Part shown: piece by piece, positions 51,003 to 61,603 of the stretch
How the letters are laid out: each line of letters opens with the position of its first letter
Numbering within the stretch: the first letter of the stretch is position 1
Assembly (NCBI GenBank): GCA_948976265.1
Contig: CARFUA010000007.1
Coordinates: forward strand, 3,366 to 67,365
Length of the DNA stretch: 64,000 bases
Reading direction: 5' to 3'
Source: an uncultured Clostridia bacterium
GTDB lineage: Bacteria > Bacillota > Clostridia > TANB77 > CAG-508
Program-made: the position numbers and the translations under genes
The notes under the pieces: generated by a model
Seen by the model: only the letters and a program-made list of their open reading frames with translations
The model's database searches: none
What the model was told of the DNA's origin: nothing

Positions 51003-51800
51003 ATGTTACTAATTATTGGAGCAATAACTTATGGAATAGCAAATAGTTTGCTTTTCTGCAAAACTTATCTTAATAGGAATATCAAAAAAATACCACTGGA
51101 ACATTTTATATTTCTTCTTGGTTGTATTTATATGATATCTTTTTTGGGCCTTATGGGTATGATTGCCATTCCAGCAAACGGTATCTCCCTCATTTCAAAT
51201 GTCATAACGCCTAGCATTATGCTTATTCTGGTTACTCAATTGATACTTGAATCAATTGCCAGAACAAACATACAACGGATTGAAATTCTATCATTATTAT
51301 TAATGCTTTGTTTTATGGCATTTGTAGCAGATCAGCAAGTATTTTTCAGCAAAAACATACAAACGGAACTTCCTATAACGCATATCGATTTTCCTGAAAC
51401 AAATGATATACTAATTGTTGATACCTCTCAACCAGAGTTTGTGTCTACGGATATCTCTGTTTTAGAAAAAGTTGACTTTGAATTGCTCTCCAATTCAAAT
51501 GGAAAAAAGATTATCCGTTCTCACAGTTGTGGTGCCATTGTTATTATTGATCATGAACGTATTGTAGCTTATCTCAATATCAAGAAGATTGATTTTACAG
51601 CAATCAATGCTTCTGAGCTTCTGTTAAAAAATCCGAGAAATCTCGGACTTGTAGTAGATGACAATGACATTCCATATTACAAATATGCACTATTGAAACA
51701 TGATTCGTTTGGAAGTTATATCGTTGGAAAATACGCACTTTGTAATGCCTTAACATTTGAAGTGTCTTATTTTGACAAACTCCCCAATTGGGCGAAATAA
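51003..51800 (+). CDS. hypothetical membrane protein with cytoplasmic C-terminal domain
   Basis: RBS AAAGGAGG, about 4 TM helices and then a ~140-aa soluble part. ~150-nt leader after a TTGACT promoter. Confidence 0.5.
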   Translation: MLLIIGAITYGIANSLLFCKTYLNRNIKKIPLEHFIFLLGCIYMISFLGLMGMIAIPANGISLISNVITPSIMLILVTQLILESIARTNIQRIEILSLLLMLCFMAFVADQQVFFSKNIQTELPITHIDFPETNDILIVDTSQPEFVSTDISVLEKVDFELLSNSNGKKIIRSHSCGAIVIIDHERIVAYLNIKKIDFTAINASELLLKNPRNLGLVVDDNDIPYYKYALLKHDSFGSYIVGKYALCNALTFEVSYFDKLPNWAK

Positions 51801-51855
51801 TTTGAGTAAAATATACAAAACCGGCTCTTTCAAAAGAGTCGGTTTTGTATTATTT

Positions 51856-52977
51856 TTAATCTCCCAAACACATGCCAAGTTGCCTAGCAACTCGAATTAA
51901 TTCATGGTCTAATGGAATTGTACGATTTTTGCTAGAAGCATCACCAATTTTAGCTTCTCTTCCAACTACTTCATCCAAATCAACATATCCCATTTCTCCA
52001 CCTTTGTAAGTTACTAATACTTTAAAAATTCCTTGCATCGCAAGTTCCATTGCTTTTACACCATATCTGGTTGACAAAACGCGGTCAAACGAACTTGGCG
52101 TTCCGCCTCTTTGGACATAACCTAAAACAGTATTTCTGGTTGTCATGCCAGTTAGTTTTTCAATTTGTTCAGCAACAACTTCACCAGCTCCACCAAGGCG
52201 AACATTATCTAATCCTGCTCCATCGTCTAATACTTTTTTAATCGTAATTTCTCCATCTTTTGGTTTAGCGCCTTCAGAAACAACAACAATACTGAATTCT
52301 TTGCCGTTCGCTTTTCTTCTCTCAATTTTTTCGATGACTTTATTCATATCATAAGGAATTTCTGGAATTAAAGCAACATCTGCCCCACCAGCTATGGCTG
52401 ATTCTAGCGCAATCCAACCTGCATATCTTCCCATTACTTCCAAGGTTAATACACGATGATGCGATGTAGCAGTTGTGTGAAGTCTATCCAAAGCATCCAT
52501 AGCAACAGATACTGCTGTATTATAACCAAAAGTAGTTTCTGTGTGTGCTACATCATTGTCAATTGTTTTTGGCACACCAATACAATTAACACCTTTTAGA
52601 CAAAAATCTCGACTAGACTTTTGTGTTCCATCTCCACCTAATGTGAAAATACATTCAAAGCCAGCATTTCTAATATTTTCAACACATTTATCTGATAAAT
52701 CTTGATACTCAACACTTCCATCTTCTTTAACTACTTTATAATGGAAGACATTTGTATTATTAGAAGTACCAATAATAGTTCCACCCTTGTCCAAAATTCC
52801 AGAAGCATTTCCGTTTGGCTCTAATCTTACATAATCGTTATTTAATAAACCTTTATATCCTTCAATGTATCCATAACATTCAATTCCATGTGTTTCCGCT
52901 GTTTTAACTATTGCTCTGATAACTGCATTTAGTCCTGGAGCATCTCCACCATTTGTTAGTATTGCAACTTTTTTCAT
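51856..52977 (-). CDS. pfkA: 6-phosphofructokinase (long PfkA-family form)
   Basis: GGDAPGLNAVIRA, GGDGTQ, PKTIDND, MGRYAGW motifs. Confidence 0.85.
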   Translation of the reverse strand: MKKVAILTNGGDAPGLNAVIRAIVKTAETHGIECYGYIEGYKGLLNNDYVRLEPNGNASGILDKGGTIIGTSNNTNVFHYKVVKEDGSVEYQDLSDKCVENIRNAGFECIFTLGGDGTQKSSRDFCLKGVNCIGVPKTIDNDVAHTETTFGYNTAVSVAMDALDRLHTTATSHHRVLTLEVMGRYAGWIALESAIAGGADVALIPEIPYDMNKVIEKIERRKANGKEFSIVVVSEGAKPKDGEITIKKVLDDGAGLDNVRLGGAGEVVAEQIEKLTGMTTRNTVLGYVQRGGTPSSFDRVLSTRYGVKAMELAMQGIFKVLVTYKGGEMGYVDLDEVVGREAKIGDASSKNRTIPLDHELIRVARQLGMCLGD

Positions 52978-53064
52978 TCTTTTTCCCCTTTCAAGTGATT
53001 TTCTGTTTTTATTATATACCTATTCTTATTTTTTTTGCAAGTAATTTGAAAAAATAGGTATATT

Positions 53065-53523
53065 TTATTTTTCAAAAATGACATGTAAAGTTTCTGGCAA
53101 ATAACCCTTTTTATATAAAAATTCTTTTACAGAATTTTCATCTGTATTTTGAATTTTTTTGTTCCAAATGGCCTTAGCAGAATTTATTTCGTAAGCTTGA
53201 AGTTCTTCTTGATGTTGTGCGATATATTCTTCCAGCAAAGTTTTGGTAATTCCTTTTTGGTATAATTTATAAGTTATTTCTTTGATAGAAAGATTTTTTA
53301 AATGGATAAATTCTTGTACACTTTTTTGAATATAATTTGCGTCATTAATATAATTTAATTCTTTAAAATAGGCAATGGCGTCTTCTATCATATTGGGGTC
53401 TTCTTCACTAAATTTTTGTCTAATTTCTTGCTCAGTTCTTTTTTTATATAATATATATTTTATCATTTTAGTTCGTAATTTATCCATTTTTTCTGCTTGT
53501 TCAAAGTTTTCCATAAAGTTCAT
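53065..53523 (-). CDS. recX: RecA regulator RecX
   Basis: 152-aa helical-repeat protein directly downstream of recA. Confidence 0.7.
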   Translation of the reverse strand: MNFMENFEQAEKMDKLRTKMIKYILYKKRTEQEIRQKFSEEDPNMIEDAIAYFKELNYINDANYIQKSVQEFIHLKNLSIKEITYKLYQKGITKTLLEEYIAQHQEELQAYEINSAKAIWNKKIQNTDENSVKEFLYKKGYLPETLHVIFEK

Positions 53524-53545
53524 AAAAATTTACTTCCATTCTTTT

Positions 53546-54601
53546 TTATTCTTCGTTTTCTTCTTCTGTTTCATCAGTTGATGTTTCTTCTCCTAAGGCG
53601 TTTTCAAAGGCTTTGGCAAAATTGTCTCTGACTTTCTTTTCAACTTCTTCCATAATTGTTGGATTTTCAATAAGGTATTTTTTTACATTTTCTCTACCTT
53701 GTCCAATTTTCTGATTATTATAACTAAACCACGAACCAGCTTTTTCAATAATGTCTAAATTAACAGCCATATCTAAAATATTGCTTGCTTTAGAAATTCC
53801 TTCTCCATACATAATATCAAATTCTGCTTCACGGAATGGAGGTGCTACTTTGTTTTTAACAATTTTGACTCTAGCTCGGTTTCCTTTGAATTCTCCATCT
53901 TGTTTAATGTTTTCAATTTTTCGAATATCCATTCGAACAGATGCATAAAACTTCAAAGCTCTACCACCTGTTGTGGTTTCTGGATTTCCAAACATAACAC
54001 CAATTTTTTCTCTTAATTGGTTAATAAAAATGATAACCGTTTTGGTTTTATTGACAGCACCTGCTAATTTTCTTAAAGCTTGGGACATAAGTCTTGCTTG
54101 TAATCCCATGTGTGAATCTCCCATATCACCATCGATTTCGGCTTTTGGAACCAAAGCAGCAACAGAGTCGACAACAATAACATCTAAAGCACCGCTTCGT
54201 ACAAGTGCTTCTGTAATTTCTAAAGCTTGTTCTCCAGTATCAGGTTGAGAGACAATTAAGTTATCAATGTCAACACCAATTTTTTTGGCATAAACTGGAT
54301 CCAAAGCATGTTCTGCATCAATAAAAGCGGCTTCTCCTCCCATTTTTTGTGCTTCTGAAACAATATGTAATGCCAACGTTGTTTTTCCAGATGATTCTGG
54401 TCCATAAACTTCAATAATTCTGCCTCTTGGTACACCACCAATTCCCAAAGCTATATCTAATCCTAAAGCACCTGTTGGAATCGCTTCGATTTCCATTGCT
54501 TTATATTCTCCTAATTTCATAACGGAACCTTTTCCGAATTGTTTTTCTATTTGGCTCATAGCTACATCTAGAGCCTTTCTTCTTTCTGAATTTTCTGACA
54601 T
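53546..54601 (-). CDS. recA: recombinase RecA
   Basis: GPESSGKTT Walker A, ..IDAEHALD.., L2 loop. RBS GGAGGA before the ATG at 54601. Confidence 0.95.
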   Translation of the reverse strand: MSENSERRKALDVAMSQIEKQFGKGSVMKLGEYKAMEIEAIPTGALGLDIALGIGGVPRGRIIEVYGPESSGKTTLALHIVSEAQKMGGEAAFIDAEHALDPVYAKKIGVDIDNLIVSQPDTGEQALEITEALVRSGALDVIVVDSVAALVPKAEIDGDMGDSHMGLQARLMSQALRKLAGAVNKTKTVIIFINQLREKIGVMFGNPETTTGGRALKFYASVRMDIRKIENIKQDGEFKGNRARVKIVKNKVAPPFREAEFDIMYGEGISKASNILDMAVNLDIIEKAGSWFSYNNQKIGQGRENVKKYLIENPTIMEEVEKKVRDNFAKAFENALGEETSTDETEEENEE

Positions 54602-54712
54602 TTTATTTTCCTCCTTCAAATATTTGTTTGATAAAACTTCTGTTTGCTTTATTATATCTTTAATTCTTTTTTTGTCAATACTTTTTTGAAAATTTTTTCA
54701 AAAATTTGTTTG

Positions 54713-56337
54713 CTATTGTCGATACCATTTTTCAATGTTACCATATAGATTAAATGCATTTGCTTTGATATTTCCGCACCAAACTTTGATTATATATAAC
54801 CACATCGGTATCACGGTATAAACCGATATATGGCGCTTCTTCTAGATAAATATCGTATAATTTGTTATAATTTTCATATAATGCATTTTCATCGGATGTG
54901 TTTGCAATTTGATTCATAATCGTTGTAATTTGTTCATTGGAATAATTGGCTAAATTTCCTTCTCCAAAAAAAGTTTTTAGACTTGGTGAAAAACCACATT
55001 CTATGCCAGTTAAAATAACGTCAAAATTTTTATTTTGTAAGGTGATATGATAGGTTTCATTATTTAGTTGTTTAACCAATACTTCAATTCCAACATTGGC
55101 TAGCTGTTCTTTGATATTTTCTGCAACGGCTAGTCTTTTGGCATGATTTCCATTGACAAATAAAGAAAAAGATAATTCTAAATTTTTACCCTCTATGTTT
55201 TTTCTCCATTTGTTATTTTTATATTCCCAACCTGCACCGTATTAAAATTTGAGCAGCTTCTTCTGTGTTTGTCTGAACAGATAAATCTTTTGTATAAAGC
55301 CAATTTCCCATATCCAAACTAAAGTTAGAAGACACATATCCTGCCCCTAGGCAACTGGCTACGATATTGTTTTTATCAATCATTTTGCTAATCGCCTTTC
55401 TAACATTTGCATCGGCAAATACTGTATTTTGCGTGTTGAATGTTAAAAAGTCATAATTTCTGGATTTATATTCTATTTTTTTATAACCAATCGAACCAAT
55501 ATATTCTTCCACATTTTCGATTTTTACATCGATTAAATCGATTTCACCATTTTTGAAAGCATTGTATAATTCTCCTGTGGAATTATATAAGTTGATGTTA
55601 ATTTCCTTTGCCATTGGACTTTTGGAAGAATCCCAATACAATTCATTTTGCGTAAGTTTTATGACATTGGAATCAACTGTTGCAATTTTAAACAAACCTG
55701 TCCCAATGGGAGAAATATTTTTCTCAGATGTTGTAAATTCTTGTCCTGCATAATGATTGGCACTCAAAATCGGAAATGTGAGATGATATTCAAAAAAATC
55801 CGTTGGTGCAGATAATGTCATCTTTAAAGTAGTTTCGTCAATGACTTCTAATCCTACAACAGCGTTTAAATTATTTGCGTAAATAGTATTAAATCCACCA
55901 TTTTTAATTAAATCTACTGTGAATTTTACGTCATTGGATGTAAAACTTGTTCCATCTTGCCACAAAACGCCATGGCGTAATTTGATGACATAGTTTAAAT
56001 CATCGGTTTTAGCAATTTCTTCTGCTAAACAGTATTGTATTTTGTAGTCTTCTTTTAATGTTACCAATGGTTCATAAATTATTTTACTGATTTCCTGCAC
56101 ATTGCGATTATTGCTTAGCAATGGATTGATGGTATCAAAATTAGATACAGCCAGTCTTAAATCTGTCTGTATCGTAGTAACCGTAGAAGTTTGGTCTACT
56201 GTTTCATTGGTCTGTGCTTTATTGTTTTGGCTCATTTTGTAGATTCCAAAACCAATGCATCCCATTACAATGATTATAAATATATACTTTAAAATATTAT
56301 TACCCAATTTAATCACCTGCTTAACACTATATATCAT
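54713..56337 (-). pseudogene. family-5 (Opp/Dpp-type) solute-binding protein, split by two +1 breaks at CGG
   Basis: ..AAQILI|GAGWEYKNNKWRKNIEGKNLELSF.. restored by skipping C at 55239. The C terminus ..NQSLV|GNIKANAFNLYGNIEKWYRQ* is restored by skipping C at 54776. Confidence 0.75.
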
Positions 56338-56463
56338 TTTTCATCAAGTTTCAAGAATTTTTTAGAATTTTTCATATTTTTTTAAAACTTGGAATACAAT
56401 TTAAAAAATGAAGCTAGAATTTATTTTAATGAATTGCTTTTTAAACTAAAAATAAAGGATGGG

Positions 56464-57021
56464 ATGGATATGTTTATTTGTCATATTAAATTAAGTAGAA
56501 CGAAATTTTTTAAAGGTGTTTTAGCCATTATGGCTATTATTTGTATGGCGCTTGCTGGTGTGGGAATTTTCAAAATGTACAGCTCCAATAAAGAATTTGA
56601 GACATTTGACGGGAATTGTATGCCTTCTGGCGAGATAGCCTATTTAACTGATGAAAATTATACCAATATTTTAAAACAAGTTCACGAAAATTTAGAAACT
56701 TATGTTGGACAAAAAATTTGTTATACAGGATATGTTTATCGCGTAGCAGATTTGCCAGAAAATCAATTTGTCTTGGCAAGAGACATGAGTTTAGAGCCTA
56801 CCAATCAAACTGTTGTGGTTGGATTTTTATGCAGTTTGAGTAATGCTTCGGATTTTGATACATATTCTTGGGTAAAAGTAACTGGAACAATTGAAAAAGG
56901 CAACTATTTTGGAGAAATTCCTTGTATTGCAATTGAGCAAATTGAAACAGTGGAACAACCTGAAAATTGCATTGTGCCACCACCAAGTGAAAACTTCATT
57001 CAAACTTCTGTAATTTACTAA
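56464..57021 (+). CDS. hypothetical membrane-anchored protein (weak DUF1980/TIGR03943-like C terminus)
   Basis: One TM, then ..QFVLARDMSLEPTNQTVVVGFLCS..WVKVTGTI... Start at ATG 56464 or 56470. Confidence 0.35.
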   Translation: MDMFICHIKLSRTKFFKGVLAIMAIICMALAGVGIFKMYSSNKEFETFDGNCMPSGEIAYLTDENYTNILKQVHENLETYVGQKICYTGYVYRVADLPENQFVLARDMSLEPTNQTVVVGFLCSLSNASDFDTYSWVKVTGTIEKGNYFGEIPCIAIEQIETVEQPENCIVPPPSENFIQTSVIY

Positions 57022-57022
57022 A

Positions 57023-57045
57023 AAAGGCAGGTTAAACCTGCCTTT
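57023..57045. terminator. bidirectional terminator
   Basis: aaaggcagg/cctgccttt stem between convergent genes. Confidence 0.65.
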
Positions 57046-57425
57046 TATTCCTCTGCCAATTGCCCTTGTAAAACTTTTATGCTATCTTTGTAAGATTGTA
57101 AAATTCCATTTAATCGTTCGATTTCTGTTTTATTGTCTTCAATTTGTTGATTATAATTTTCCTCTAATGCATCTAATTCTTCATCGGATAATTGGTATAA
57201 ATATTCTAAGCTATTTTTATCCAAATCAGCTAAATTTTTAATGGGTTCTTTTGCTGTTACAGCGGTTGGTACCGTAATACTTGGTACTTGTGTAACAATC
57301 GTTTCTTCTAGTAAAGCATTATTATTTTTGCCAAAAATATTAGCAATCCATTTAAAGAATTTGGTTAACAAGGATTCTTTTTGTGGTAGGATTAATTTAT
57401 TTTTTAATTCACTTTCTTCTTTCAT
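57045..57425 (-). CDS. hypothetical coiled-coil protein (126 aa)
   Basis: ORF 10 nt downstream of the 417-aa ORF. No family recognised. Confidence 0.45.
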   Translation of the reverse strand: MKEESELKNKLILPQKESLLTKFFKWIANIFGKNNNALLEETIVTQVPSITVPTAVTAKEPIKNLADLDKNSLEYLYQLSDEELDALEENYNQQIEDNKTEIERLNGILQSYKDSIKVLQGQLAEE

Positions 57426-57434
57426 ATACTTCTC

Positions 57435-58688
57435 CTATCTTTCAAAACTTTCGTCTTTTTCTAGGTTTCCTGCGGATAATCGCTTGTAGCCTTTCAAGAT
57501 CTTAGACATGCTAGCAATTTTCTCTTTTGTTTTTTCAATCATCTCCTGTAAAATTTGAAGGATGAAAAATTTATCTTGTACTTTTTCCATTTTTTCTAGG
57601 CGCAAAACTTTATGTTCATTTACTGCTCCACCAAGCAATTCTCTAATTTTTAAAATAGCTTCCAGAATATTAGCAATATCATGTCTTTGATTTTTATTGA
57701 TATTTCCAGCTAAATAAGTCGCTACTCCAATTTCTCGTAAAACTTCCACCTTTTCTAAAGATTCAATAAATTGTATAAATTTATTTTTATAGCGATTATG
57801 TGTGTTTGCCAATAATTTCATGTCAATCAACTCCAAAGCTTCTGAAACAGGGAACGCCAATCTTTCTGGACGGTGTACAATTAATCCTACAAATTTGTCG
57901 ATTAATTCTAAGATGTCACCTTCTTTTTCGCGTTCATAGTTAGTAGGTTCATTATAACGATTATATTCGCTACAAATTTTACAAAAAGTCTCATCAAATC
58001 CAAGTGATTTTAGAAAAATTTTATCTTCTTCTTTTTCTCTTTTGATTCTCTCTATTTCTTTTGGGGAATTCGTTCTTTTAAAAGCATATACCAAACATGC
58101 TGTTATCACTTGATTTTTCTTTACATCATCAAGATTCATTTGTTCCATAAATAATCGTGCAAGTTCTGCTTTTACAACAGAAGTTGTATCAAAAAAGACA
58201 TGAATCGCATGTTTTTGATAGTAACAAACAATTTTTATTTTTTTAATTAATTCTTTTTCCTCTAAAATTTTCTGAGCAAATTGATGAATCTCAAATGGTT
58301 CCACTTTCGGAATAACTTTTGGTTGTTCGCCTAAAATTTCTTCAAAGAGTTCTTCATTATTTTCTAATTCATCATACAAATTTTCTTCCAATCGGTCAAG
58401 TCTAGATTGAATATAGCGTTCTTTTAGAACTTTAAATTTTACCTTGTCCACAAACTCTTGCAAATCTTCTTCCGATAACATTTTTTTAAGTTCATTATAA
58501 TAATATAAACCGTCGGCAAGTTGATCATTCAGGCGTTTATAATCTTTTTTCCAAGTATCTTCTGTTGCTAAGGATGGAACAATTTTTTTTAATTTTAGCA
58601 ATTTTCGCATTTCGCGTTCATCTTCATAATGTTCCTTTTTATACTGAATGTATTTTTCTTTCATTACTTCAATATCTAATTCGTTCAT
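57435..58688 (-). CDS. hypothetical protein (417 aa)
   Basis: RBS GGGAGGGA. Helical and K/E-rich. No family recognised. Confidence 0.5.
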   Translation of the reverse strand: MNELDIEVMKEKYIQYKKEHYEDEREMRKLLKLKKIVPSLATEDTWKKDYKRLNDQLADGLYYYNELKKMLSEEDLQEFVDKVKFKVLKERYIQSRLDRLEENLYDELENNEELFEEILGEQPKVIPKVEPFEIHQFAQKILEEKELIKKIKIVCYYQKHAIHVFFDTTSVVKAELARLFMEQMNLDDVKKNQVITACLVYAFKRTNSPKEIERIKREKEEDKIFLKSLGFDETFCKICSEYNRYNEPTNYEREKEGDILELIDKFVGLIVHRPERLAFPVSEALELIDMKLLANTHNRYKNKFIQFIESLEKVEVLREIGVATYLAGNINKNQRHDIANILEAILKIRELLGGAVNEHKVLRLEKMEKVQDKFFILQILQEMIEKTKEKIASMSKILKGYKRLSAGNLEKDESFER

Positions 58689-58863
58689 AATTCCCTCCCT
58701 ATTTGCTCTTATAAAATTTTCATTTTTATTATATCGAATATAATTTTAAAAATCAAGAATTGTAACACAAATGCAATCATTGTAACCAAAATGTAATATA
58801 ACTCATATAAAAAACGGCGCCACGCATTTTGCATGACGCCTAACGAATGAATTTTATTTCATA

Positions 58864-58968
58864 TCATATCCTGACCGACATACCGATACCTATGATACAT
58901 ACCAGACAAGAGCCCCAATATGCTATCACAAATATTACCTGTCCGATTGTCTTCAACCTTTCCTTCAT
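58864..58968 (-). CDS. 34-aa single-TM peptide with very strong expression signals
   Basis: Below the ORF-track cutoff. Promoter TTGACA-17-TATAAT (59015-59043, minus strand), RBS AAAGGAGG-8nt-ATG, peptide MKERLKTIGQVIFVIAYWGSCLVCIIGIGMSVRI, GC-rich terminator (about 58815-58842) plus T-run. Confidence 0.5.
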   Translation of the reverse strand: MKERLKTIGQVIFVIAYWGSCLVCIIGIGMSVRI

Positions 58969-59046
58969 GTCTCAAGCCTCCTTTTGAAATAAAATTTTTA
59001 TACGTTACAATTGTATTATATCATATTTAACATAAATTGTCAATGT

Positions 59047-59469
59047 TCATTGTGTATCTTGATTATAATCACTACTGTTTATGACCATCCTTAAAATTTC
59101 TTTCAATCTTTCGTCTTGCTTTGTCAAATACAAATAGCCAACCAAAGCTTCAAATGCAGTACTCATGCTATAGTCAGCAACATTAGCATTTTTAGCAACA
59201 TGATGATTTTGTACATTTCTACCTCGTCTTACAATTTCTTGTTCTTTTTCAGTTAATTCGTCGTGAATTTTTTTTAGCATGTTAGCTTGTGCCTTTGCTT
59301 TGACAAATTTTATCGATTCACAATGCAATTTATGAGGTTTAGCATTGGATTTATTCACCAATTGCACACGAATAAACGTCTCAAAAATGGCATCTCCAAT
59401 ATACGCCCATACCAAGGGAGATAGCATATTGACTTCTTCTACTTCTTTTTTTCTTTCTATCCATTCCAA
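59047..59469 (-). CDS. mrnC: Mini-ribonuclease 3
   Basis: ..LSPLVWAYIGDAIFETFIR.. and ..AFEALVGYLYL... Confidence 0.85.
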   Translation of the reverse strand: MEWIERKKEVEEVNMLSPLVWAYIGDAIFETFIRVQLVNKSNAKPHKLHCESIKFVKAKAQANMLKKIHDELTEKEQEIVRRGRNVQNHHVAKNANVADYSMSTAFEALVGYLYLTKQDERLKEILRMVINSSDYNQDTQ

Positions 59470-59472
59470 TGT

Positions 59473-60366
59473 TTAAGGTTCCTCCAAACTAATTTTTCCA
59501 AATTTGCAATTTCTAAAATCCTCTAAAATGATTCTGGCTGTTTTTTCATCGTCAATATTTCCGCCTGAAATGAGCGCACCTCTTTTTCGACCAATCGCTT
59601 GCATTAATGCATAAATTGAATTCTCTTCTTCTTCAAACTTTGACCATTCTTCTGCTGTAATTTTATATCGTTCTAAAAGATTTTCTCTTTTTATTTTCAT
59701 TAATTTTTTCAATAATTCATAGGCTACATCAACACGTTCTAAAATATCATCTTTAATGGTTCCTGTAAAAGCTAGATTTAAGGCAACTTCTTGACTGTCA
59801 AATTTAGGCCATAAAACCCCTGGTGTGTCTAACAATTCTTGATTTTTGGCAATTCGCACCCATTGTTTTTGTTTGGTAACACCTGGTTTATTCCCAACTT
59901 CCATAGACGTCCTTTTGGAAATTCGATTAATAAAAGAAGACTTTCCAACATTGGGAATTCCTAAAATCATAATTCGAATTGTTTTGTTCATTCTTCCGCG
60001 TTGTTTTTGGTGTTCGATTTCTTCTAGCATCATTTCATCTATTTTTTTGAAAACTTTCTCAATTCCTTTGCCTGAATTAGAATCCGTCAAAAGCGTTGGT
60101 GCTTCTTTTTCTAGATATTTTACCCAAGCTTGGTTTATTTTTTCGTCTGCTAAATCGCATTTATTGAGTAAAATAATTTTCTTTTTGCCTTTGGTTAATT
60201 CCTGAATGTCTGGATTTCTACTAGAAACTGGGTTTCTGGCATCCAATAATTCAATAACAATATCGATTAGTTTTAAATCTTCTAAAATTTGTTTTTTGGT
60301 TTTTGCCATGTGACCAGGATACCAGTTGATGTTTGTCAAATTTTGTCCTTTTTCCAATATTCTCAC
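59473..60366 (-). CDS. rbgA: ribosome biogenesis GTPase A (YlqF)
   Basis: ..INWYPGHMAK.., circularly permuted G motifs (NKCDL..GIPNVGKSS..DTPG). Confidence 0.9.
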   Translation of the reverse strand: MRILEKGQNLTNINWYPGHMAKTKKQILEDLKLIDIVIELLDARNPVSSRNPDIQELTKGKKKIILLNKCDLADEKINQAWVKYLEKEAPTLLTDSNSGKGIEKVFKKIDEMMLEEIEHQKQRGRMNKTIRIMILGIPNVGKSSFINRISKRTSMEVGNKPGVTKQKQWVRIAKNQELLDTPGVLWPKFDSQEVALNLAFTGTIKDDILERVDVAYELLKKLMKIKRENLLERYKITAEEWSKFEEEENSIYALMQAIGRKRGALISGGNIDDEKTARIILEDFRNCKFGKISLEEP

Positions 60367-60373
60367 TTCCTTT

Positions 60374-61000
60374 TTATTTTAAAAAATTTACAATTTCAGT
60401 TCTAATTTTATCTATTTCATTTCCAGTAGCTAAGCAAGTATTCCATCCATATTTATTTGCTACTTTTATATTTTCTGTTGTATCATCAATAAATAATATA
60501 TTATTAGGTAATAATTTTGTTTTTTCTAAAACATTCTTATATATCTCATCATTTGGTTTTTGTATTCCTAATTGGGTTGATAAAAATAGATAATCAAATT
60601 TACTTAAATCTAAATGTTCTCTTAATTGTATAACATCAAATTCGCTAATATTTGAAAGAATGCTCATATAACAGTCTTTATTTAATAAATTGCTTATTAA
60701 CTTAATAGTTTCTTCAAAATATGGTACATTGTGATTATAATGTAAGTATGATTTTTTAAAGTCATCAAAACTTGAATTTGAGCCTGTTTCAATCAATTTA
60801 TTTGTTATAAACTTTTCAAAACCTACTCCATTTAATACCCAAAATTCATTTAAATGGAATATTTCTAAAAGCGAGTTATATTCAATAGGTTTCATATCAT
60901 CACAAACTTTTTTTCTTGCTTCTTCTACAGTATATTTTTTAGAATCTCCATCTTGAATAACATGACCCCAATCAAATCATATTAATTTATTTTTTTTCAT
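60374..61000 (-). pseudogene. HAD-superfamily (YihX-like) hydrolase with in-frame TGA at codon 8
   Basis: ATG at 61000 reads MKKNKLI-TGA(60977-79)-FDWGHVIQDG.. in the same frame as ORF 60374-60895. The stop precedes the nucleophile motif FDxG. Confidence 0.7.
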
Positions 61001-61030
61001 TTTTTATTCTACCTAATTTCTTCAAAAATC

Positions 61031-61510
61031 TTATTTTATCTTATACTGATTTCGATCTGCTCTTTCATCAAATTTTCGTTCATATTTTTCATTTTCAAAA
61101 TACCAATCTGTGTTCCTGTCAGCTGGATGAAACCTGCTTTTTTGAATAGCTACATCAGCAAATACTAAAAATGGTATCACAATTCCCAAAGCAGAAATCA
61201 TAATAGAAGTCGAATCTGTAAAAACTAAGTTTTCTGCTTCTGTTGATACATTGGTTAAACTGTTATAGACAATCGTCCCAAAATATGCTGCATACATGCC
61301 AAAATATAAAGTTGTTGCTACAAGGTTTCTTCTTATAATAAAAATAATACTTGGTATTGTCAAAAACAATAAAATAATCTCTAGTGTAGGATTAATTGGT
61401 TGACAAATAAAATCCACACTCATCGAATACATCAATGAAACAATGACTCTAAAAATCCAATAAATCACTGCCAAAATTACAATAAAATAACTAAATAAAC
61501 TTTTCATATA
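61031..61510 (-). CDS. hypothetical multi-TM membrane protein (159 aa)
   Basis: RBS AGGAG before the ATG at 61510. About four TM helices. Confidence 0.5.
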   Translation of the reverse strand, partial: YMKSLFSYFIVILAVIYWIFRVIVSLMYSMSVDFICQPINPTLEIILLFLTIPSIIFIIRRNLVATTLYFGMYAAYFGTIVYNSLTNVSTEAENLVFTDSTSIMISALGIVIPFLVFADVAIQKSRFHPADRNTDWYFENEKYERKFDERADRNQYKIK

Positions 61511-61603
61511 AACTCCTAACCTAAAAAAATGCGATCTGTTCGTTTTCAATAAGCACAATGCTTAAACTTCAGATCGCTCAAAAAAATCTATCCAATTTAT
61601 TTT

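Noticed and set aside
60977-60979. TGA read as a sense codon (genetic code 4 or 25).
   Set aside because: Well-supported genes here terminate with TGA (for example clpC at 1599-1601). No other in-frame TGA is seen in conserved genes.
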